The notes below the pieces were generated by a model, which made no database searches, was not told where the DNA came from, and worked only from the letters and a program-made list of their open reading frames with translations. From contig OZ243956.1 of NCBI GenBank assembly GCA_965214405.1, forward strand, positions 3,232,001-3,296,000: a stretch of 64,000 nt of DNA, read 5' to 3'. Below are positions 8,759-18,328 of this stretch, one piece after another. The translations under genes and the position numbers were made by a program. Origin of the DNA: Trueperaceae bacterium (GTDB lineage: Bacteria; Deinococcota; Deinococci; Deinococcales; Trueperaceae). Numbering within the stretch: position 1 is the stretch's first letter; every line of letters begins with the position of its first letter.

Positions 8759-10087
8759 ATGATTACTAGAATTGAAATAGACGGATTCAAAGGCTTTGAG
8801 AACTTCAGTATGGAGTTTCGGCCTTTTACCGTTATCGCTGGCGTTAATGGTGTGGGTAAGTCAAACCTGTTCGACGCCATGCGTCATCTGTCTTACCTGG
8901 TGAGTAAAACGTTGCGAGAATCTTTTGAGACTGACAGAGGTTCGCTTTTCGACCTGTTTACTATCTACCCAAATGGAACGCGCAAAAACAGAATTAGCTA
9001 CGTTGTAGAGATGCTTCTGCCTGAGTATATCGAGGATGAATTTTCAGAGATAGAAAAGCTAAAATATTTGAGGCTGCGCTATGAATTGGCAGTGAGCGTG
9101 GATAATGAGGGAAAATTTCAGATAGAAAAAGAGCGCCTTACACCCATTAAACGGGGGGACGACGCATTTCTAAAAATTCATAAGGGTATTAAAAAAGAAC
9201 TACCTACGTTGACTGGTGGGCGTAGTAGTCCCTTCATAGGTACCGATGAGGATAGCAACAGCATCACGATTTCTCAGGATGGGATAGGAGGCAACAAGAG
9301 AACCGTGAGTTTGAAGGGAGCACAAAGAACCGTGCTATCTAGTATCACAACAGTTGAATTTCCTCATGCTTACGCCGCGAAGAGCATGTTGCAAAACATA
9401 CACTTTTTACAACTTAATCCAGAACAACTCAGAAAATCTTCGAAAGTTGCCGCTTCTCCTTTTCTGGAGCCAGACGGAAGTAACTTAGCAACTATGGTGG
9501 CAAGGCTCCGCGATGAGGAATCAGATATAGAACAGATGATTTCTAATGACTTATCCAGTATCGTACCTGGTGTTGGCAAATTTATTTTACATAAAGATGA
9601 AAGTAAAGACGAGTATGTAATCTTCATAGAACATATAGATGGTTATGAAGTACCCTCCAAACTTCTTTCTGACGGAACCTTAAGAATTTTAGCTCTTATT
9701 GCTATAAGCTATGACTCCCAGTTTAACGGCACAATTATTCTTGAAGAGCCGGAAAATGGGGTTCATCCAGGACGTCTCGCTCGCATTGTAGAGCTTTTAC
9801 AGGATATGACAAACCTTCCAAGTACCTCTTCTAGCGCAAAGCAGATTATAACAAATACCCATTCAAGTAGCTTAATAGAAATTGTGGACGAAGACTTTTT
9901 GGCAATGGCTCAACCTAAAACAGTTGTGAGTCAAACATTGGGAAATTATACTGTCACTACAATAAATTATGTTAATGGTGAGCTGCTTTCAAGCGACGCT
10001 AACCTCTTGGCACGCTATGAAGCTAAGGCGTTGCTAGATTCAGATGGAAAAAGACTAGACAGAAAAAGAGAAACCCAGGCTGTCTGA
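8759..10087 (+). CDS. ABC-type (AAA_21/AAA_15, RecF/SMC-like N-terminus) ATPase
   Basis: MITRIEIDGFKGF start, Walker A GVNGVGKS, signature LSDGT, Walker B ILEEPE, H-loop NTHS. AT-rich DNA. Confidence 0.88.
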   Translation: MITRIEIDGFKGFENFSMEFRPFTVIAGVNGVGKSNLFDAMRHLSYLVSKTLRESFETDRGSLFDLFTIYPNGTRKNRISYVVEMLLPEYIEDEFSEIEKLKYLRLRYELAVSVDNEGKFQIEKERLTPIKRGDDAFLKIHKGIKKELPTLTGGRSSPFIGTDEDSNSITISQDGIGGNKRTVSLKGAQRTVLSSITTVEFPHAYAAKSMLQNIHFLQLNPEQLRKSSKVAASPFLEPDGSNLATMVARLRDEESDIEQMISNDLSSIVPGVGKFILHKDESKDEYVIFIEHIDGYEVPSKLLSDGTLRILALIAISYDSQFNGTIILEEPENGVHPGRLARIVELLQDMTNLPSTSSSAKQIITNTHSSSLIEIVDEDFLAMAQPKTVVSQTLGNYTVTTINYVNGELLSSDANLLARYEAKALLDSDGKRLDRKRETQAV

Positions 10088-10089
10088 CG

Positions 10090-10698
10090 GTGCGACAGAT
10101 TTTGTTTGGGGTTTACACAGAAGGTCCGACAGATGACAGATACTATCCAACACTTTTACGCCGGTATGTTACTCAGTTGTGCCTTGAGAAGGGTTTAAGT
10201 CCTGAGATAATGCAGCCGCATTCTATACGGCGTTCGAAAGGCACGTTTATTGAGCAGATGCAAGAGGTAGAGGCAAATTTCGAAGGTTTGCAGTACATCT
10301 TTGTACACAGCGACGCCGATGGGCGGAATGCTGACAACGTAATTGAAAATAAGTGGCAACCCTGGATCGAAAAATGTAAACAGCCCGAAAAATGGATTCC
10401 AGTCTTTCCTGTAAGAATGCTCGAGTCCTGGCTCCTCGCTGACAGAGAAGCGCTAGAAACTACCTTCATCATTAAACCTGCTGCAATTGCAGAGATTTTG
10501 GGAAACGTGAACGCCGAGCAAATTCCTGACCCAAAGGCAAAGCTAAATGAAATCATCCGAGCTGGAAAGCAGAGGAGAACAACAGGCTACGAGGAAAACC
10601 TCGCGCAACGGTCTAGGTTTTCTGAACTCGAGAAGCTACCGAGCTTTCAAAACTTCAGAAGTCGCCTGCTGGAAAATATGTTTGAGCGGGAAAGTTGA
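10090..10698 (+). CDS. DUF4276-like / TOPRIM-like putative nuclease partner of the ATPase
   Basis: EGPTD, HSDAD (DxD), PVRMLESWLLAD and DPK motifs typical of DUF4276/RloB-like proteins. 2 nt after the ATPase stop. Confidence 0.72.
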   Translation: MRQILFGVYTEGPTDDRYYPTLLRRYVTQLCLEKGLSPEIMQPHSIRRSKGTFIEQMQEVEANFEGLQYIFVHSDADGRNADNVIENKWQPWIEKCKQPEKWIPVFPVRMLESWLLADREALETTFIIKPAAIAEILGNVNAEQIPDPKAKLNEIIRAGKQRRTTGYEENLAQRSRFSELEKLPSFQNFRSRLLENMFERES

Positions 10699-10717
10699 AG
10701 CTTTGTCTGCTAACTCC

Positions 10718-10746
10718 TTGACTTTTACCCCCTAACACTTCACAAT
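10718..10746 (+). promoter_or_regulatory. Sigma70-type promoter for the DHS-like gene
   Basis: TTGACT-N17-CACAAT. Confidence 0.7.
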
Positions 10747-10757
10747 TTAGTTTGTTA

Positions 10758-10828
10758 GCCACGGGGAGTACCGATGGCGGCTCCTAAGAGCCGTAGGACT
10801 CCAAAAGCCGTGGCCTTTTTCTTTTTTT
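10758..10828 (+). ncRNA. Candidate cis-regulatory leader (interrupted hairpin + U-tract; attenuator/riboswitch-like)
   Basis: Nested pairings GCCACGG/CCGTGGC, GGAGT/ACTCC and CGGCTC/GAGCCG, followed by TTTTTCTTTTTTT, between the promoter and the CDS. Confidence 0.5.
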
Positions 10829-10878
10829 CGAGACCGCGGACAATTAAGAAGAGCCAAGCGCTCACACGGAGGCTAAAG

Positions 10879-11937
10879 ATGCAAAAGCAAGACTTTCTCA
10901 AAAACGCCGTCGAGCATATCGACATCAAAAAAGTGGACGTGGTGCCCTTAGTCGAGGCGATGGGCAAGACCGCCTTTTCCGCGCGCAACTTGTCCCGCGC
11001 CGCCACCATCCTCGACAAAATGGTCGCCGACAAGGACGCGGGCGTGATTTTGACGCTCGCCGGGAGCATCGTGTCGGCGGGACAGAAGCTCGTGATTTTG
11101 GACCTGCTACGTAACAACATGGTGGACGCGATTGTCTCCACGGGGGCCAACATCGTTGACCAGGACTTTTTCGAGGCGCTGGGCTACAAGCACTATCTCG
11201 GCAACCCCTTTGAAAACGACAACACGCTGCGCGGACTCGCCATCGACCGCATTTATGACACCTATATTGACGAGGACGAGCTGCGCGTTTGTGACGACAC
11301 GATTCGGAGGATTGCGGACGGGCTCGAGCCGCGCGCCTACTCTTCTCGAGAGTTCATCATAGAAATGGGTAAATACCTCGTTGACAACAACCTCGGGCAA
11401 GACTCCATCGTCCGCACGAGTTATGAAAAGGGCGTGCCCATCTTCGTGCCAGCCTTTTCGGACTGCTCGGCGGGCTTCGGTTTAGTTTTTCACCAGACAA
11501 AAAACCCGGACGCGCACGTGGCGATTGACTCGGTGAAAGATTTCCGCGAGCTTACCCAAATCAAGGTCGCGCAGGGCACCACGGGCATCTTTATGATTGG
11601 CGGGGGCGTACCCAAAAACTTTGTCCAGGACATCGTCGTCTCAGCGGAATTTTTGGGCCATGACGCGGCGATGCACCGTTACGCGGTGCAGCTCACCGTG
11701 GCGGACGAGCGCGACGGGGCCTTGTCGGGTTCGACGCTAAAAGAGGCGAACTCGTGGGGCAAGGTGGACTTGGCCTATGAGCAGATGGTCTACGGCGAGG
11801 CGACGGTGACATTCCCGCTCATCGCGGGTTACGCCTACCACAAGCGTTCGTGGGAGGGGCGCGCGCCGCGGGAGTACAATAAACTATTCTCGGAAGCAGA
11901 ATCAGAAGCAGAAAAAGAGGTTGTGTCGCAGGCGTAG
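10879..11937 (+). CDS. Deoxyhypusine synthase-like protein (bacterial DHS/homospermidine synthase type)
   Basis: STGAN, DRIYDT, IGGGVPKNF, DGALSGS..EANSWGK (catalytic Lys). SD GGAGG before ATG 10879. Confidence 0.9.
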   Translation: MQKQDFLKNAVEHIDIKKVDVVPLVEAMGKTAFSARNLSRAATILDKMVADKDAGVILTLAGSIVSAGQKLVILDLLRNNMVDAIVSTGANIVDQDFFEALGYKHYLGNPFENDNTLRGLAIDRIYDTYIDEDELRVCDDTIRRIADGLEPRAYSSREFIIEMGKYLVDNNLGQDSIVRTSYEKGVPIFVPAFSDCSAGFGLVFHQTKNPDAHVAIDSVKDFRELTQIKVAQGTTGIFMIGGGVPKNFVQDIVVSAEFLGHDAAMHRYAVQLTVADERDGALSGSTLKEANSWGKVDLAYEQMVYGEATVTFPLIAGYAYHKRSWEGRAPREYNKLFSEAESEAEKEVVSQA

Positions 11938-11956
11938 AGAAATTCTTGGCAGCGTC

Positions 11957-11982
11957 AGCCGCTCCTATAGGGGCGGCTTTTT
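11957..11982 (+). terminator. Intrinsic terminator
   Basis: AGCCGCTCC-TATA-GGGGCGGCT followed by TTTT. Confidence 0.8.
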
Positions 11983-12149
11983 GTTTGGAGGGGATTCGGT
12001 TTTGGGCTTGGAGACTCAAGCCCTGCACGTTTCACTTCCGAGCCAATTCTGGATATGTGGAATGTTAGACTGACAAGATATATCCCGTGCGCCCTGGGTT
12101 TTTAGGGCGGCGCGCGTGGGCAAAATCAACATTCATCCGCGGAGGCAGT

Positions 12150-12706
12150 ATGATTAGCGTAACCGAACTTAGAAACGGGTCCAAGGTCGAGATGGACGGC
12201 GGTCTGTGGGAGTGCCTGGACTACTCGCACCTCAAGATGGGGCGCGGCGGGGCCAAGGTGGTGACCAAGTTTCGCAACTTGGAAACGGGCTCCATTGTGG
12301 AACGCACCTTTAACGCGTCCGAAAAACTCAAAGACATCTTTATCGACTACCGCACCATGCAGTACCTTTACAATGACGGCGCGATGTATACCTTTATGGA
12401 CACCGAAACGTATGAGCAGCCGAACTTGTCGCGTGAGCAGATTGGCGACGGGGCAAAGTATCTCAAGGAGTCGATGGAGGTGACCGTCGATTATTTTGCC
12501 GGGCGGCCCCTCAAGGTGACGCTGCCCAACATCGTCGAATTGACCATTACCCAGACCGACCCCGGCGTCAAGGGGGATACGGTTTCGGGTGGCTCGAAGA
12601 GCGCGGTGGTAGAAACGGGCGCGTCGGTCAACGTGCCCTTGTTTATCGAGCAGGGGGAGAAGATTCGGGTGGACACGCGCACGGGTGAGTATTTAGGGCG
12701 CGCCTG

Positions 12707-12707
<1 letters not shown>
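12150..12707 (+). CDS. efp: Elongation factor P (Arg at the loop tip)
   Basis: KMGRGGA loop, PGVKGDT, VPLFIEQGEKIRVDTR. SD GGAGG before ATG 12150. Confidence 0.97.
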
Positions 12708-13198
<491 letters not shown>

Positions 13199-13288
13199 GA
13201 CGTGGTTAAGAACATGGTTGACGTGTCGCTTATGCTCTGGAGAACGAAAAGCCTCCCCGACCCTTCACTCCAATAATGTATAAAAATC

Positions 13289-14623
13289 ATGTTTAAGAAA
13301 GTCCTCATTGCCAACCGCGGCGAAATCGCCTTGCGCATCCTCCGGGCCGCTAAAGAGTTGGGCGTCAAGACGGTGCTGGGTTATTCGACGGCGGACGAAA
13401 GCTCGCTGCCCGTCCTCATGGCCGACGAGTCCATCTGCATCGGCCCGGCGGCCTCGGCGGGGTCGTATCTGAACGTGCGCAACCTGCTCTCGGCGGCGCT
13501 GGTCACGGGCGCGGAGGCGATTCACCCCGGTTACGGCTTTCTGGCCGAAAACGCCGAGTTTGCGGAAAAATGTGAAGAGCATAACATCGTGTTTATCGGC
13601 CCCAGGGCGCAGAACATCCGGCTGATTGGCGACAAGGCGAGCGCGCGGGCGCTGGCGCAAGAAGCCGACGTGCCGGTCACGCCGGGGTCGGGGGCGCTCT
13701 CCTCAACGGAGGACGCTCGAGCCTTTGCCGAAGGGATCGGCTACCCCGTCATCCTCAAGGCCTCAGCGGGCGGCGGGGGCCGCGGGATGCGGGTGGTGCG
13801 GGGGCCTGACGAGTTGGAGCGCCACCTCACCAACGCCCAAGAAGAGGCGCGCGCGGCCTTTGGCAATCCGGAAATGTACATGGAAAAGTTTTTAGAAGAG
13901 CCCCGGCACGTCGAAATCCAGGTGTTCGGCGACGGCAAGGGCGAGGTCATCCACTTTTTCGACCGCGACTGCTCGATTCAGAGGCGTTATCAAAAGGTGC
14001 TCGAGGAGGCCCCCAGCACGCTCGACAATGCTTTGAGGCTTGACATCGCCGAGGCGGCGGTGCGGCTCGCCAAACGCATCAACTACCGCGGCGCGGGGAC
14101 CTGCGAATTTCTGGTCGACCGTGAGGGCGGATTCTATTTTTCCGAGATGAACACCCGCATCCAGGTCGAGCATCCCGTGACCGAGATGATTACCCGCTTC
14201 GACTTGGTCCAGGAGCAGTTCAAGGTCGCGGCGACGGGCAAGCTCTCCTTGCGCCAAGAGGACGTGCGGACGCAGGGCCACGCCATCGAGGTCCGCATCA
14301 ACGCCGAGGACCCCGACCACGACTTCCGGCCCTCGGCGGGCACGCTTGTCGATGTGCATTGGCCGGGCGGACCGGGTATTCGGGTGGACTCGCACGTGTA
14401 CGCGGGCTACCGCATCCCGCCCAACTACGACTCGCTGATTGCCAAAATCATCGCCTGGGCGCCCACTCGAGACGAGGCCATCGCCCGGATGCGGCGCGCA
14501 TTAGAAGAAACCGTGCTGGACGGCGTCAAGACGACGATTCCCTTTCACCTCAAGGTGCTCGACAACGCCTTTTACAAGCGGGGCGCGGTGTACACTTCCT
14601 TTATTGCCAGGAGGATGCAGTGA
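13289..14623 (+). CDS. accC: Biotin carboxylase
   Basis: IANRGEIA, HPGYGFLAEN, GGGGRGM, EMNTRIQVEH, YDSLIAK. Confidence 0.97.
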   Translation: MFKKVLIANRGEIALRILRAAKELGVKTVLGYSTADESSLPVLMADESICIGPAASAGSYLNVRNLLSAALVTGAEAIHPGYGFLAENAEFAEKCEEHNIVFIGPRAQNIRLIGDKASARALAQEADVPVTPGSGALSSTEDARAFAEGIGYPVILKASAGGGGRGMRVVRGPDELERHLTNAQEEARAAFGNPEMYMEKFLEEPRHVEIQVFGDGKGEVIHFFDRDCSIQRRYQKVLEEAPSTLDNALRLDIAEAAVRLAKRINYRGAGTCEFLVDREGGFYFSEMNTRIQVEHPVTEMITRFDLVQEQFKVAATGKLSLRQEDVRTQGHAIEVRINAEDPDHDFRPSAGTLVDVHWPGGPGIRVDSHVYAGYRIPPNYDSLIAKIIAWAPTRDEAIARMRRALEETVLDGVKTTIPFHLKVLDNAFYKRGAVYTSFIARRMQ

Positions 14624-15015
14624 AGGATGATGGTGTGAAAGACATGATAACTCAACCCCCAGCGACTCAGTTCGACGCTCAGTTGGACATCTCTCAGGAC
14701 GTTTTGTTCGGCATTACCCAACTCGCCCTGGGCGAGGTCGAGGGGCTCACCCCGATGACGCCGCCCGTCCGGGTCGGTGAAATTCTTACTGGACGCCGCG
14801 CCAAGGGCATCCAGATAGAACGCGAGGGCAAGCGGGTGCGGGTCGACCTCACAATTTGCGTGCGCTACGGGCTGCCGCTGCCCGCCGTGGCTGGCGCGGC
14901 CCAGCGCGCGGTGCGCGAGGCGGTAGGCTCGATGACGGGCTTGACGGTCGAAAGCGTCAACGTGACCGTGGGCGCGATTGACATTCCCGAGGAGCTGATG
15001 CGTGGCGCGGCGTAA
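14620..15015 (+). CDS. Asp23/Gls24 family protein
   Basis: VRYG...Q.AVREAV.SMTGL.V..VNV.V motif. Conserved position between accC and nusB. GTG overlaps the accC stop. Confidence 0.85.
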   Translation: MKDDGVKDMITQPPATQFDAQLDISQDVLFGITQLALGEVEGLTPMTPPVRVGEILTGRRAKGIQIEREGKRVRVDLTICVRYGLPLPAVAGAAQRAVREAVGSMTGLTVESVNVTVGAIDIPEELMRGAA

Positions 15016-15463
15016 AGCTCGAGAACTTGCCTTCCGGACCCTTTTCCAGTCCGAACGCGGCGGCGCACCCCTCATGGAAGTGTGGGCGCAGACCAGGGCT
15101 GATCTGGGTGAGGAGGTTGACGCCGACGACGCCTACGGCGACGTTTTAGACAGTGAGGCTCTGGCGTTCGCCGAAGGGCTCCTCGAGGCCTACGCCGAAC
15201 ACCAGGCGGAAATTGACGCGCATTTAGAAGAGGTCATCCAGGGCTGGAGCTTTTCGCAGATGGCGCAAACCGACCTCAACGTGCTGCGCTTGGCGCTCAC
15301 CGAGTTCTGGTATGAGCGTGACGTGCCCAAAGAGGTCACCATCGAAATTGCGGTGCGCATCGCCAAGCGCTTTGGCGGCGAGGAGTCGGGAAGGTTTGTC
15401 AACGGCGTGCTGGCTGATTTGTATAGAAGGCTCGAGCGCCCGCCCGCCGCGGGTGTGTCCTGA
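15002..15463 (+). CDS. nusB: Transcription antitermination factor NusB
   Basis: RRKARELA, DLNVLRLA, FVNGVL. Confidence 0.94.
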   Translation: MARRKARELAFRTLFQSERGGAPLMEVWAQTRADLGEEVDADDAYGDVLDSEALAFAEGLLEAYAEHQAEIDAHLEEVIQGWSFSQMAQTDLNVLRLALTEFWYERDVPKEVTIEIAVRIAKRFGGEESGRFVNGVLADLYRRLERPPAAGVS

Positions 15464-15533
15464 GCGGCGCAGACACCAAAGATTTTGTGAGTATGCAGGC
15501 GAAACAAACATTCTTCACTTCACTTATGTTTTA

Positions 15534-15565
15534 CTCCCCCTTTAACAAGGGGGGCAGGGGGGATT
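15534..15565. repeat. REP-like intergenic palindrome (copy 1)
   Basis: CCCCCTT-TAAC-AAGGGGGGCAGGGGGGATT. Related inverted copy at 40150-40181. Confidence 0.55.
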
Positions 15566-15599
15566 TTGCACTGAGCCCTACCCTAAGCCGGGGCGCGCG

Positions 15600-16442
15600 T
15601 TGACCGCCAAACTCCTCAGCGGCCGCGAGGTCTCGCGCGCGCTTGTGGCAACCGTCCGCGAGACCGTCACCGCCCTCTCCTACACACCCAAACTCGTTTT
15701 CGTGCGCGTCGGCGAGGACCCCGCGAGCGCGTCGTACGTGCGCTCCAAGGCGCGGCTGGCGGAGCGCGCGGGCATCTCTTCCCAAACGCTCGTGTTACCG
15801 GAGGAGACGCCTCAGGAAGAGCTGATGAACCTTGTAGGGCGGCTCAATGACGACGATGAGGTGGACGGAATTCTGGTACAGCTTCCGCTGCCCGCTCATT
15901 TGGAAAGCGGCCCGGTGCTCAACGCGATTCGCCCTGACAAGGACGTGGACGGCCTGCACCCCGTTAACGTCGGTCGCTTGTGGAACGGTGAGGCGGGGCT
16001 CTTTCCCGCGACGCCCGCGGGGCTCATTCGCATTCTCGACTATTATGAAATTCCCGTCCAAGGTCAGCGCGCGGTGGTGGTGGGGCGCTCGAGCTTGGTC
16101 GGCAAACCCGCCGCGGCGCTCCTCTTGCGCCGCAACGCGACGGTGACGCTCGCCCATTCGCGCACGCGTGACTTAGCCGCTCTCACAAAAGAGGCCGACA
16201 TTTTGGTTCCGGCGGTGGGGCGACCGGGGATGATCACGCCCGAGATGGTCAAACCCGGCGCGACCGTGCTCGACGTGGGGCAGTCGCCGGTAGAGGGCGA
16301 GCTGCGCGGCGACGTTCACCCGGACGTGGCGGGGGTGGCGGGCGCGCTCACGCCGACGCCGGGCGGAACCGGGCCGATGACGGTGGCGATGGTGATTCAA
16401 AACACCGTGGACGCCGCCATAGCGAGGCGCGGGCGTGGCTGA
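15600..16442 (+). CDS. folD: Methylenetetrahydrofolate dehydrogenase/cyclohydrolase
   Basis: YVRSK, GILVQLPLP, KDVDG, GRSSLVGKP, PGGTGPMT. Confidence 0.96.
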   Translation: MTAKLLSGREVSRALVATVRETVTALSYTPKLVFVRVGEDPASASYVRSKARLAERAGISSQTLVLPEETPQEELMNLVGRLNDDDEVDGILVQLPLPAHLESGPVLNAIRPDKDVDGLHPVNVGRLWNGEAGLFPATPAGLIRILDYYEIPVQGQRAVVVGRSSLVGKPAAALLLRRNATVTLAHSRTRDLAALTKEADILVPAVGRPGMITPEMVKPGATVLDVGQSPVEGELRGDVHPDVAGVAGALTPTPGGTGPMTVAMVIQNTVDAAIARRGRG

Positions 16443-16878
16443 GCTTCTGGGCAACCGCGTCCTCTGGGGCGCGGCCTTAGCGACCTTCGTGGCGCAACTT
16501 ATCAAGGTGATGATTACGCTGGTGCTCGAGCGCCGCTTGGCCTTTGAACGCCTCCTAGAAACAGGCGGGATGCCCTCGTCACACTCGGCGGCGGTCGCCG
16601 CGCTGGCGACGGGCATGGGTATGGTTTACGGCCTGAGCAGCCCCTACTTCACGCTGGCCGCGGTGTTCGGCTCGATCGTCATCTACGACGCCACGGGCAT
16701 CCGCCGCGCGGCGGGGATGCAGGCCGCGCTTATCAACAGTTTGGTAACCGAACTCGCGCACCTCTTTGACGAGGGTTTTCGGCCTCAGGTGCTCAAGACG
16801 CTGCTGGGCCACACGTATCCACAAGTGTTCGTGGGCGCGGCGCTGGGCGTGGCGACGAGCGCGCTTCTGTTTTTGTAG
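16435..16878 (+). CDS. Divergent PAP2 family (DUF212) membrane protein
   Basis: GGMPSSHSA, YDATGIRRAAG, LGHT motifs. Confidence 0.9.
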   Translation: MAELLGNRVLWGAALATFVAQLIKVMITLVLERRLAFERLLETGGMPSSHSAAVAALATGMGMVYGLSSPYFTLAAVFGSIVIYDATGIRRAAGMQAALINSLVTELAHLFDEGFRPQVLKTLLGHTYPQVFVGAALGVATSALLFL

Positions 16879-17131
16879 CTCGAGGTTGATGCAACATGCT
16901 CGAGGGTACTTTTAGAGCTGCTCGAGATTCTATACGAAACAGCTCCGGCTCGAACATCTCCAGCACCCTCGGCTCGCTGAGACGCATTGGAAAACGGCTC
17001 GAGCCACAAAAAACTTCTCTTGGCAACGGGAGAAACTAGGCGTGAAGAAGGGGTGAACGCTACCGTCCTTGTAATTTCTTTTCATCATCCCGTATACTAG
17101 CCTCGGTTCAAAAACTAATTTGGAGGTCTTC

Positions 17132-18244
17132 ATGAAACGTCGTGATTTTTTGAAAAGAGCGGGTGCGGCTGCGGCTGCGAGTGCTACCTTCTCGCCTTTA
17201 ATGTTCGCCAACGCGCAGGCGGCGACCTTCTCCTTTGAGATGGTCACCTCGTGGCCGTCGTCGCTCGACACGATTTTTGGCGGGGCGACCAACACCGCCA
17301 GAAATATCGAGGCCCTGACCGACGGCGACGTGACCGTCGAAGTTTACCCGGCGGGCGCGCAAGTGGGCGGCCTGGAGGTTTATGACGCAGTCTCCTCGGG
17401 CGCGTTTGCGATGGGCCACACCGCGTCTTACTACTACGTCGGCAAAAACCCGACGCACGCCTTTTTTACGACCGTGCCTTTTGGCCTCAACGCGCAGCAA
17501 ATCAACGCCTGGTTTTATCAGGGCGGCGCGCTCGACTTGTTCAACGAACTCAACGCCAACGACAACCTCATCGCCTTTCCGGCGGGCAACACGGGCGTGC
17601 AGATGGGCGGCTGGTTCAACAAAGAGATCAACTCGCCCGCCGACCTCCAGGGCCTCACCATGCGCATTCCGGGCTTGGGCGGTCAGGTGATGACGCGCGT
17701 CGGGGCCAACGTGCAGAACATCCCCGGCGGCGAAATTTTCTTGGCGCTCGACACGGGCGTGTTAGACGCCGCCGAATGGGTGAGCCCCTACGACGACGAA
17801 ATCTTAGGGTTAAACACCGCGGCGCAGTTTTACTACGCCCCCGGCTGGCACGAGCCCGGCCCGACGCTCGCCACCTACGTGAATTTGGACACCTACAACG
17901 GGCTGCCCGCGGACATCCAAAACGTCATTCAGACCGCCTCGAAAGCGGCCAACGTGCAGATGCTCGCGGACTATGACGCCAAGAACGGCCCCGCCTTGAA
18001 CCGCCTTGTCGAGGCGGGCACCCAGGTGCGTTCGTTCCCGACGGAGGTTTTGGCTACGCTCGAGGACGCCATGAACGCCATCCACGACGAGACCGCCGCC
18101 AGCAACGACTTTTACGCCAGCGTCTACGAGAACTTCCGCACCTTCCGCGACGCCGTCCGCGACTGGAACCAAATTGGCGAGTACGCCTACCAGAACTACG
18201 TCTATAGAAACGCCGAAGGCGGCACCGGCGGTAGCGGGAGTTAA
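17132..18244 (+). CDS. dctP: TRAP transporter substrate-binding protein (DctP/TakP-like), Tat-exported
   Basis: MKRRDFLK Tat signal, GNTGVQMGGWF, MRIPG, DAAEW. Confidence 0.9.
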   Translation: MKRRDFLKRAGAAAAASATFSPLMFANAQAATFSFEMVTSWPSSLDTIFGGATNTARNIEALTDGDVTVEVYPAGAQVGGLEVYDAVSSGAFAMGHTASYYYVGKNPTHAFFTTVPFGLNAQQINAWFYQGGALDLFNELNANDNLIAFPAGNTGVQMGGWFNKEINSPADLQGLTMRIPGLGGQVMTRVGANVQNIPGGEIFLALDTGVLDAAEWVSPYDDEILGLNTAAQFYYAPGWHEPGPTLATYVNLDTYNGLPADIQNVIQTASKAANVQMLADYDAKNGPALNRLVEAGTQVRSFPTEVLATLEDAMNAIHDETAASNDFYASVYENFRTFRDAVRDWNQIGEYAYQNYVYRNAEGGTGGSGS

Positions 18245-18267
18245 CGCCGAGCTTTAAGCACTCAATC

Positions 18268-18296
18268 AAAAACGCCTCCTGTTCGGGAGGCGTTTT
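18268..18296. terminator. Bidirectional intrinsic terminator between convergent TRAP genes
   Basis: AAAAACGCCTCC-TGTTCG-GGAGGCGTTTT. Confidence 0.8.
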
Positions 18297-18328
18297 ACTC
18301 TTTTATAGACGTTTTATTTATAGGCGTT

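Noticed and set aside
10763..10772. GGGGAGTA as a yybP-ykoY (Mn2+) riboswitch
   Set aside because: Only the first motif matches. The four-way junction and other conserved loops are not visible.
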